This document shows, piece by piece, positions 39,801 to 51,500 of a stretch of 64,000 nucleotides of DNA. The stretch is taken from contig CM022671.1 in NCBI GenBank assembly GCA_012295275.1, forward strand, positions 10,850,001 to 10,914,000. Reading direction: 5' to 3'. The notes under the pieces were generated by a model, which ran no database searches, was not told the DNA's origin, and was given only the letters and a program-made list of their open reading frames with translations. Position 1 is the stretch's first letter. Each line of letters opens with the position of its first letter. Origin of the DNA: Chrysomallon squamiferum. Lineage: Eukaryota > Animalia > Mollusca. The position numbers and the translations under genes were made by a program.

Positions 39801-40381
39801 TGACTATACTGCAGTTTTTCTGTCTTACCACTGATGGTTACGCTGCCATGTTCCAGGCTTCTTTTTCCATTGATGGCTATATTGCCGTGTTTCCGGCTTT
39901 TTGCTTATATTGATGGCTATCCTGCCGAGTCCCTGGCTTCTGTTGTTATTGATGGCTATACTGCCTTGTTCTTAACTTCTGTTTCCGTTGGTGGCTATAT
40001 TGCCGTTTTTCTGGATTCTGTTTCCACTCGTGGTTACATTGCCACGTCTTGCTGACTTCTTTCTCCAGTGATACCTATACTGCTTTTTTCCTGGCTATAC
40101 TGCCATGTCCCTCTCTTCTGTTGTTATTGATGACTATACTGCCGTGTCCCTCTCTTCTGTTGTTATTGATGACTATACTTCCATGTTTCTGTCTTCTGTT
40201 GTTATTGATGGCTATACTCCCTTTCCCTGTCTTCTGTTTTCATTGAGGGCTGCCGTTTTCCTGTCTTCTGTTGTTATTGATGGCTATACTGCCGTGTTCC
40301 CGACTTGTTTTTCCATTGATGGCTATAGTGCCGTCTTTCTGTCTTCTGGTTGGAAATCCGTTGTTGTGATCTTGGCTGTTT
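24806..40381. repeat. ~15.6-kb 39-bp minisatellite array (~400 units; consensus CTGACTTCTGTTGTTATTGATGGCTATACTGCCGTGTTC) with higher-order repeats
   Basis: 13-aa periodicity in the ORFs of the region (LTSVVIDGYTAVF on +, EHGSIAINNNRSQ on -); homogeneous core at 34740-36400, diverged edges. Confidence 0.97.
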
Positions 40382-41231
40382 CTGAAAGATAAATTAAAAT
40401 AAATAAATAAAGCAAATAAGTTCAAGTTCAGTAACAGAGTGACGTAATAAAACTGTTTTACTGTTTTTTTATTTTTAGAGACACTAACAAAATATCTAAA
40501 TCCTTGGCTTTATTAAAAAAAAAAAAAAAAAAATGTTGCTTGTTTTGAACCAATCAGGTCAGAAAGCTAAGGCAGTCATGTCTGTTTTAGTCGGGAAATC
40601 AATATTAAAGTCAAGAGTTCTTTTTTCAAACATAAACAATCGGAACACGAAGTTTAACAAAAGTGTGACTGATGGAAACACTGCTTTCCAACGACTAGAT
40701 TTCAATAGTATTCTTACTATATGTAAACTAATATTAGAACATTCAAAATATTTTTAAAGAAGGTTATTACGTTTTTCTTGTTTAAACAGTAAGTGTACTA
40801 AGAGATTTCACTGTATGTTGTCATGGTCGCGTTTTCGTCAAGTCGCCTGTCCTTTATTTAAAGCTGTATTGAGCCCACTGATCGTGAATTCGTCCATCCA
40901 GCATCAGGCTGGTAATGAATGGCTTTAACATTCTGGGCTTATAATCATTATCTTAATTTATTAGATATGAAATGATTCTTTATGCTATTCAATTTGTATT
41001 CAGGATTTTAGTTAATTAATTAATTGTAATGCTTTATAAGATTTAGTATATACCCATACTGAAACAATCCTGAACAACAACCATCTAAGATGACTGACTA
41101 AATAAACTAACGTTAATTGTGTGCTAAACGAAAACTGTACAAGTCCGATGTGACCATTTCAACGATTTGTTTCTTTACAAATTGCGATATTTAATGTACC
41201 AACCTGAATATTATGCACTAACTATACTTTC

Positions 41232-41232
<1 letters not shown>

Positions 41233-41285
<53 letters not shown>

Positions 41286-41311
41286 TATAATTATAATTAT
41301 AATTATAATAA
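41233..41311. repeat. (ATA)n microsatellite
   Basis: Seen directly. Confidence 0.95.
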
Positions 41312-41554
41312 TCTTTTTTCTTTCTTATTTTTTTAAAAATTGTACTCACCAAATACTTGCAGTAAATATGTATTTTGAGCATAGACCCGTTTAAAACGAT
41401 GGAAAAACCATTCCAGGTAAGATATAGTCTGACACTTCTCTTTTACGAAAGATTTTGGGTGAACTAATTACCAGTCGACAAGAAAGAGACAGAGAGAGGG
41501 AGAGAGAGAGAGAAAAAAAGGTAAATTAAATTTATTATATAATTCATTGAAAAC

Positions 41555-41641
41555 ACTACTGCTGCTACTATTATTACTTATACTACTACTATTACTGCTG
41601 CTGCTACTACACCAGCAACAACAACTACTACTAGTGTTAAT

Positions 41642-41691
<50 letters not shown>

Positions 41692-41710
41692 TCATAATAA
41701 TTATTATCAT
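41555..41710. repeat. Compound trinucleotide microsatellite (CTA/CTG/CAA/ATA)
   Basis: Seen directly. Confidence 0.9.
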
Positions 41711-44700
41711 GACAACTAATATTAATTATATTTATATTACTAGGACTATTTCTGTTACTACTGTTGTTGGTCATGTTCTTTTTGTTCTTTTTTATTGTTG
41801 TTATTATTGTAGCAGTAGTAGCATCATATCTGATAATAATTACAACGATGTTGAAAATGACAAATAAATGAATAAATCTTACAGTGTTGGACTTGAGCCG
41901 GTAGACGGGTTTATGCTCACTGGGAGAGTGGTGGTAGAAAATCCACTGGAATAACTTAACCTGGACAGTGGGGTGATTTTCTTCTCATGTTTGTGGAATA
42001 TTCCACAAGACAGTTTAGAGTTCAAATCCCCCATAGCTGATCGAATAAAAATATTCAACTCAAGAAATAATATACCTGACGTTCAACGAAACGCTAAGTA
42101 AAATGTGTCTCAGTGACGTATGCTCTATTATGACGTAAAGCGATGCCGGTCTCCATCGTGCCATTCAACCTGAGCATGGTAAAGCCGGTATTATAAGACA
42201 GTAACCAGTCAGTGCCCCAAAATACAGAAATTTACCTTGTCACTGGAGGATAGATAAATATAAACAATGTCCTGAAATGTCTCTTTAAGTAGGGAGTTCG
42301 CTAAACCCAGATGACGTTCAGCGAATTCTTTGGTTTTATCGATAATAGCTCATCATTTTCAATTCAAATTGTACATAATGAGCTTTAATATTATTTACAG
42401 AAATTAACAAAACTTTCTATTAAATGTCATTAAAATATATTACTGTAATTGTGTTATATTATTGTTATATTGTTTTAGATATATAAAACAAATAAAACAG
42501 TTAGGTAATCGATACGCGCGTTTCCATTTTTTTTTTTTTTTTTTTTTTGGTACTGCCTAGAACCTGTTAACTTCAACAAACGATTATGCCTTCAGCCCGT
42601 CCATACATATAAACCAATGAGCATTAATTTTGAAGGAAAATCTTGTCTGCATTACGTGATCATAGTGAAAACAACGTCAGTTATTTTTTACCTGTAATAG
42701 CTCGAAGAAAGAAGAACAAAATACATTTTCCGGGGAAAAAAATGTAAGTAAATTGATATCTCTATTCCTTTTATGTAAACAAATATCTTCTGAACAAGTA
42801 TATATTAGTTCTAGATCGAAATAATGTAGGGCTAAAGTACTACTTGCAAAGTTTTAGAACCGATATATCGAACACACGGCGAACAAATATTAAAATGGCA
42901 GATTTGTCGTCTGCAAGAGTGAAAGCTTATATAATTCAGAAGACGATTAATTGCCATTGTGTAATCACTATCAGTTTACAAATACAAAATCTAATTTTGT
43001 ATAATGTTATTTATTTTATATATTTATATATTTAATCAAATTTTAGCGTTATTTGTGAAAATATTACCTCCCTTCAGTACAATAATGGAATGCTCCACTG
43101 CTCTTTCAAAATGGCGGACAAATTTGTTCCATATTTGTTAGGGGTGTTGGGTGGTTAGTTGCATTTGTACGTGTAGGGGCTAGTAACAATTCATTCGTCT
43201 ATTGGATCCACATTGTTACACTATTTTTATTATTAAATAAAATATATTTAGTATACATTATACTCTATACAATACAAAATTATTTGTTTTTATCAAATGG
43301 GGATAATTTATATTTAAATTTGTTTTCAAATGTTACGGGAGCAATACATTATTTCAGTTGCCACCTGTTTCAAGATGTAACGTAAATACTGGCTCACTGT
43401 TTCTCAAGAATGAGGCATTTTAGCATCTTTGATTTGAAATAGCTCACAAATTACTTATCCAATTTACAATTGTTTCTTATGAAAGGATATAAAAATGATA
43501 TTCAGTATGTCTGAAATTTTAAGTGAACGCCCACAAAACAAATATATAAATAAATAAAATAAAATAAATAATAAATAAATACAGAAAAGAAAATCAAAAA
43601 CACAAAAACAAACAATAACAATAATAATAACCAGACTTTTATTATTATTTTTTTAATGGACATTTTAATTAATGTTTGAACTGATTACTATTAATAAATA
43701 TTCAGACACTGTAGTAGTTTAAAGTGTCACTGACACTCCAGATCTTATTGACAAATGATCTTAGTAAAAATATAGACTTTATCGGATCTGCCAGTTAATT
43801 AAACTATTATTTATTATTTATTAATTAAACTGCAACACAACCACCAATAACAATAATATACTTGTTTAGCATCAATCCAATTTAGAGAATATTTATGGAA
43901 TAGGCAAAAAGAATCAGTATTGAAAAAAAATGTCTCAAACCTAAATGATTTTGTGGGTTTACTTTAATCATAAGGTACTGTTAAAAATCAGTCGTGACAA
44001 ACTGATACTGAAAGGTCTGACTGGTATTTATCAGATTAAAATTCAGGCTTGAAGCTTTATTACTTTTTAAGTCTTTATTACTTGTTTTCACTACTGTTTA
44101 AAATTCAGTCTCAGAAATATATTATTTTGTTAATTTGATTTAATGAAAAGCTGTAAGATAAAATAAAAATAATAATTAAAAATCTTGAAAAGCTGTTATT
44201 GATGAGGATTGATACAGTATTTATATGAAAACAATCAAGATTAAAAAACAGTCCTGAAAATCTGTTCCTAATGAGACATGATATGTTATTAGTTTGATTA
44301 CAAATCAAACATAATTTTTTTTTTTTTTTTTTTTTTACATCTTATGATTTTAAACATCAATCTCAACTTTTATTTTTTATGATGGCTTCATTTATTTATT
44401 AGCATTGAATCGTTATGATTTTGTAATTGGATTTCATTAAAGACTTTATTATATAAATCAATTATGAAACTTTATTTTTTAGATGTCATGATTTACTTTT
44501 TCTGGTCTACCATTATCTGTTGACTATGGAAGTTTATCATTTTGTACTTGGTCATATCCATATGAGCAGAGTAACTCTCAATAAATGTTCCATGCAACTT
44601 GAATTCACCCATACAGACACCATTTTCTTTCTATCCATATCATGTCCAGTTATTATGCATAAGACAGCTTTAGATCAAAATGCAGAAATAAGAAATGGTT

Positions 44701-45291
44701 TGTTAGTTAAGGCAGATCACTCAAAAGAAAATAAAGCTAATGAAATAACCAGAATAGGTTACAAAAATGCCAACAGAGTGGCCAATAAATGGGTTCTAAA
44801 ACATCCTGAATCTATATTTTATGTTACAGAATATGAGTGCTTTCGTAAATTAGTAATATGGGCAATTCTGAACATATTTGTATTTTGGACATTATTTTGA
44901 GAAATATGAATCTGCAATTTAGATACAGATTATTTCTAAGGCACACATTCACCTTTTCACTATTGCAACACCATATGGGAGGGGCACAAAAAGTATGTTT
45001 TACCCATATGAAAAATTTCCCTTTTTGTTCTTTTAATTACTTTCTTAAAATTCATAGTAGATTTACCACCAAACCATCAATTTTTTGTTTCTAATTTTAT
45101 CTTGAGCCACTTCACACTAGTTTAGATTTTAGCATAAGTGAAGCCAACATGATTGTTCAATTCAATTTGCACAAAGTGCCACCAGAGGCTTAAACTATAA
45201 CAGTTCTTTCTTTCAGTCCAAAACCCCATTCCAGTTTCCCATACTCTTGTCATTTTCACAATAAAACTGCCAAAAGTGATGAAAAATATGG

Positions 45292-45297
45292 TTTATT
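45292..45297 (-). terminator. Candidate DNA2 polyadenylation signal AATAAA
   Basis: AATAAA ~190 nt after the stop. Weakly specific in AT-rich DNA. Confidence 0.4.
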
Positions 45298-45484
45298 ATT
45301 TTGTATCAAACTACAAAGAATACAAAAGAAATATAGAAAAATCTATACAAACCCACAAGAGGAGTTCCAAACTATCCTATAAACAGTATAATGTGACAAT
45401 GGTTAGATGACAATAGCTATGGCAACATACTGGCATACTGTTAAAAAAATATTTAATTTGGTGTTATTATTGACTGTAATAATA

Positions 45485-45517
45485 CTATAAATGTGCTTTT
45501 TCTGGAAGTTCCACAAT
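45485..45517 (-). CDS. DNA2: DNA2 exon 31 (terminal coding part)
   Basis: [10 protein letters not shown] then TAG; strong T-rich ACAG acceptor. Confidence 0.88.
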   Translation of the reverse strand: MVELPEKAHL

Positions 45518-48500
45518 CTGTAAATAAAAATAAAATAAAATAAAATAAAAGTATTTATTAATCTGCATTTTTCTGATGATTGTTATAAAACTGATTATAT
45601 TATTATCATGATTACTGTCTTGAAACAATAATTGGTTAATATTAAAAAACAAACCTTAAGTATGAGGCATCTTTAAAAACAAGTTCTTTACATTATAGGT
45701 GAATGAATTGTTTTAATTTCCAAATAACATAAATTAATAAAATATATTTATAATAATTCTAATATTTATCTGTTTAAGATAAATTAAAATATAATCAAAC
45801 CTGGTGATTTTCTGTCATTATGTTTATCAGTTTGTTTAGAGGTTCGTACTGCTGCAAGGTCCTGAGATCACCAAGGAGAATAAGTTTGTGTCTGGCTCGG
45901 GTGATTGATACATTGAGTCGACGCATGTCCTTCAGAAGTTCACCTGCCTGTAACAGAAAAACAAACAAGTGTTGTTGATAAGTGTCAAACTGTTGTAAAA
46001 ACGGTAATACTAAAATAGAATAGCCTCAGACATATTGCTTTATAGTCATCTGAAGAATGAAAATTACTCAACATTTACAAGAAATATTTGATTAACAAAA
46101 AGTTCCATATTTATATATCTAACTTGTAAAAACATATCAGAAACAAAATTTGCTCCCAAACTGTCATTTTAATATGTTGACCACAATGAATACGTTTGAA
46201 ATAATTTTGTTTAAAGTTTTATATTTTTTAGTTTGGTACTAAAAAAAAGTCTATTCTTTGAAACCTGTGTTTTTTTCCTGGCTCCACATAATTCTGAGTC
46301 TCTGTGTAATGAATATAATCTGGGTTTTTAATAAAGATTTAAATCTGGTAAAAAATAGTCTTTGACACAAAAGAACATTCATTTACTAGTAAGATGGAAT
46401 ACTGTTTACTTTGTATGACACTGAAGTCTGACAACTGAAATGATGATGACATCTTTGTCTCATCCACTGTACTGATCAACTGTTAAAATTTTGTATTTTT
46501 TAATCTGGCTACCAAAAAAAAGTCTATTTTTTAAAACCTGTGTTAATTTCAAGTTTCCAAGTAATCCTGAGTCTGTAAAATAACTACATGATGGAACATT
46601 ACTTACTCTGTTTGAACCTTGGTCACACTGACTTCTGACAAATGAAATGATGATGACATCTTTGTCTCGACCCTGGTACTGGTCAACTGTGTTCACTTCC
46701 ACTGCAGGCAGCCCCTCCTTCAGCAGAGACTGGTGAATAAAATTCACCTGTTTTCTGTATGGTGCTATAATCCCAACACTTCCAGCATCTTTTCCCATCT
46801 ACAGTGAGACAGTTAAAACATGGAGTAATTTAGGTTGTTGTTGTTATTAATATGTAAATGATAAAATACATCACACAGATAAAAAATAAAAATAATTAGT
46901 TAATAAAGTTTGATTTTGTTATTTGTTACATAAGTCATGAAACATAATGTACACATAAACAGAAATTTTTTAGTCTATTTTATTATTATTATTTTTTTCT
47001 TATTTTTTTATATTTATAACCACTACATTCTGGAAAGAACAATGTTTTAGTAGCAGAACAAAAAAACTGTTTGAAAATTACTGTAATCTTTATAAATATT
47101 TAAAATAAATTGTTCTTTAAAAGCTTATGATTTCAGTTTAATTTCCTTTCTTGACATTTACCAGTAACAGAGTTTTCAACAGTGACATTACTATAGCAGC
47201 TTCAGTTGCATTTTTAACTTGACCTGTCCTGTCAGTTGTTTCTGGAGCTGGGACCTAAAACACAAATTATATTTAAAATTCTAATAATACCCTTCAGAAA
47301 AAGTCAGCCAGTATTAATTTACTAATTATCCTAAGTTATCCTAAAACACTTAAATTACTGTATACTGTGTACACTGATCACTGGAAGTGATTTTATCTAA
47401 CTTTTCCTTTTCTTATCCAGAAAAGCCTCATTACTACTCAGCTGGGACAGTGGTTTTAAAATTCATATTTTATATCTTATTACTACAATCAAACTTAGAT
47501 TTATAAGTTGTTTAAAATGATATCCTGAACTGCAAATACATTGAAATACACTGAATAAAATAAAGATCTCAGATTTTGTTAACAGGAGAAACAAATATTT
47601 TATTTAGCTCTATAAAGTTAATTTGAACTGGAGAGAGTGAATATTGCATAAAATCAAGATCTCAATTTTTTTTAACATGAAAAAGAAACATTTTTTTTTT
47701 TTATGCTATTTTTACAAATAAGATTTTTGCATAATCATACATAGTGATAATGTAGAATACTTTTATATCTGACATTACAATACATAATTTACCTGTTTAG
47801 TGTTTAAGAAAACTGCAGACTTTTCAACTGCAGGTGAAAGAGCGATCTGAATCCAGACTGCCTGTTTCTGTTACAGGGAAAAAACAAAACAGTAAACTTA
47901 AATATTATTATGTCCATAGATGTCTCAACTTCACCAAGCCATTATGTTAAAGCTGATTTTGTCACCTCAGTGATAGGGTACAAAACTGATGAATGATTAC
48001 TAAGTTGAAAAATATCAAATATGTGTGTGTTTGTTTGTGTATATCTCTATATGTGTGTGTGGGGGTAGTGTGTGAGAGACAGAGAGAGAGAAAGAAAAAG
48101 AAGATAATAAATGTAAGAGAAAAATGTATATTGTTTACTTCTAACAGTTCAGTGTGAGAAAAGCTCAATGAACTCTCAGCTACTTCTTTATTAGCACATT
48201 TCAGAGCTCCATCATAAACCAGTTCATTCGCCAACTGCATGATAGTTCTAATTAAAAAAACAAAACAATATACATATTTGTTTAAAGATAATATTTAATA
48301 GTTTTCACATTTCAAATTCACAATTTACTTTTCATAATACTGAAGCTTTGGCATATAAAATGAACTTCTATGGGCTACTTTTGGACATTGGGAAAGGATT
48401 ATACATTTGATCAAACATTTATGGATCATTGATTATGGTGTCATGTATCTCAACAACAGTGCCAGTGTGAGTAATGTTTTCTGGTTGGAATGAACATCAA

Positions 48501-51500
48501 AGAAAATGTCAAGATAAATATTTATATACTGAGGTGACCCACTAAATTTAGTTTCAGTGATTGCACCCTATGTTTAATACCTTGTAATCAAAAAATAAAT
48601 TATTGTTAAAGAAAGCTCCAGAAAGGATTTTAAATTATGATCAATGTAAAAGAAATTAACAACGTTAAAACTAAAATAAAAACAAATGATTAAGATTTTA
48701 CCTATTCATTCTGTACTGAATACTAAGGTCAAAGGTTGCTCCTGTGTCATCCAAATGGACAAACAGACTCTCAGACATTCCTAGGTTTCTGTACAACAGT
48801 AATAAATAAAATCAAAATAAACTGATAAATGTTTCATTAAAACTGAATTAATTTGTAAACACGTTCCTTCACATCAGTACTTTTATTGTAAATAAAGATT
48901 TGACATTCTTTCTGTGACTGAAATTAATGAATGAGAATGGATGGGAAAGTATCTAACTTGGTCCTAAGTCAGTTGCTCTGGATAGTAGCTGGTTATATAG
49001 ACAGAAGTGTACTTACCTAGCATCTCTGCTTTGTACAACAGGTGGAAGCTGGAGTGGATCTCCCACAAGCACAAATCTCTGAGAACTGAACAGTGGACCA
49101 AGACATGCTGGCAGCAACACTTGTGACGCTTCATCAACTACACAGATGTCAAACTTCATCTGACTGAACAGACAATGGTTTGTTCCCAGGCAACTGGTAG
49201 CAACTATTTTCTGTTTAAAAATTGGCAGATGAGAAAAAAGTAAAATTGTATTTTTTTATTTTTAAATATTTACATAGTAAAGGAAAAATAAAACCGTACC
49301 CAATAACAGCAGTCAATGACTAAATTAATACTAATGCTTCCATCACTTTTGTGGGGTTTTTTCTTTGTTTTTTGTTTTTTTGTTGTTGTTTTTGTTTTTT
49401 GTTCTGTACATAATAATAATTATTTATTAATTAAAGTTAATTTACAATTTAATAAATATTACAACATTAATGTTTAGGGATATCGGTGTTATAAAAATTA
49501 TCATTTGTGATCATTTACCAATATCTGTCATTCTTTTTGTTTATAAAACATATTATCAAAGTAAATATATTCTGTTAAATGGAAGACATCTCACTTGTGA
49601 CGAATAGAAATCTCTAAGTTCAGACACACTGGTTATATTGGATGTCAGAGTTTCGGCAGCATATGGGTGAATAGCTTTGTGAATTCTGCTCAGTCTTCCA
49701 AGACGCAGGAATGGTATATCATCCTAGAAAAAACAGAAAGAAGCATGTTGATTACTGCTGCAAGACTGAAATAAATTCAGAACCCTTAAATACTGTGTAA
49801 TGGTTGTATACTACTGGCCAGAAAATATTAATTAAAGTTAGTTGTGGGTTTTTTTCAACCACATATATTACATCAAATACAGTTGGAACAATGATACACA
49901 TTAACAGAAATATTAGATTTTAGTTTGGTTTTATAGAAAAGTCTATGTGATTGATACTGAATCTGTATTTTAAACATGTTTGAGTAGAATTCTGTATAAA
50001 AGAAACATTAACTGAATTATTATATATATATATACATGACTGACATGAACGCTGTATAAATACTATGAACCTGTTTGAGTTTGAGAAGAATGTTGTCCAC
50101 TGCTGAGTGAGTATAGCTGGTGAGGAGAACTGACTGTCCCAGCAGATACAGGATCTTCACGAGGGCTATGATCATTGAGGTTTTACCTGTAGCATTGAAA
50201 TAACACAATAAAGTACCAAATTAACAATGTCTGTGAATCTATAACACTAAAACAGTACCATTATTCAGTTTGACTATGTAAAACACTAAATAAAGTACTA
50301 TTATTGAGTTTCTGTTAACAAATTCACAGTGTCTGTATAACAATCAGCAAAATAAACATAGTAAAATGTTAATTGAAATAAAAACATAAGACAAAGATTC
50401 AGTACGCTATCAGAAAAATCTGAAATAATACAATTTATATTTTCAGTGTACTGCAGATTTTGAAATAATGTATTGTTCAACCTTTACACAGAGTGATTCA
50501 ACCTCTAGTTTTATTCATACCTACTCATGTTGATTTCTATGTATTTGATTAAAGCATAGTTTTGCTTCGTTTCACCACTCTATATAACAGAGAAAAACAC
50601 TGATATTTACCTGTTCCAGGATATCCTCTGATCAGTACATAATCTTTACACATTAAAACCTGTCAAAAATAAAAAAAATTAAATAAACAAAAAAGTAAAC
50701 ATATACATTTTTTTTTAAATCATCATCATAATCATTAATTAAATCAATAGTAACAATATCAAAACACAATAAAATATTTAAATAAAGAAAATGTAAAATA
50801 ATATTTTTTTCAAAAAATGTAAATTATTTCAAAGTTTATAGAATAAACAATCATTGAGTACAACACATATATGACCAATTAAAAGTAAATCATATTTTAA
50901 AAAAACAAATCCAGTCCAACAGCACTATTCTGATTTATTTTATCGCACTCACCTTTAATATAACAGTTTTCTGAAGCGTGTTCAACAGCTTAAAAATTGG
51001 TTTGACTAAAAACAAGTAATAAAGAACGATTTATTTTGATTTGTCCATAAATGTGCAAATATTATAAAGAGATAAATTAAAATCTGATGTAAGTGTACTA
51101 ATAAATCAAACATATCTTTTAATGTAACAGTTTACTTTTTGGTAGAATATTCCATAATTTAGCTTTTGTGATAGAAGATGACAAGCTGAAAATATCTTTC
51201 CTTAATTTGTTTTCTATCAATATTAATAAGAACATTATATTACTGCTTATATTTTCATAACCTAACTGTATTAAATTTGATCCTTATATCGTTTTTTTAT
51301 ACCAAAACACATACTACAAACACTTATAAAAAAAATTGTGTAGCAGTAATAAATACTTTACCTTTTTCTAGCATGCCTTTTGACAATGTAAACTGAAATT
51401 CAGGTTTCTTCTTATCAATGATAAGTTCTCTTAGCCTATGTCTACAGTTATAAAACAATGACAAAAAAATACATCACCATTTATGTAAATATTAATAATA

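Noticed and set aside
24811-40392. Dozens of hydrophobic + strand ORFs, including the 710-aa ORF, as membrane proteins
   Set aside because: They are translations of the 39-bp repeat, overlap in several frames and are broken by non-triplet units. Not annotated as CDS.
44483-45265. 126-aa + ORF after a TTTTTTAG acceptor, with AATAAA at 45260
   Set aside because: No recognisable domain or partner exons. It could be a lncRNA terminal exon but the sequence alone does not support a call.
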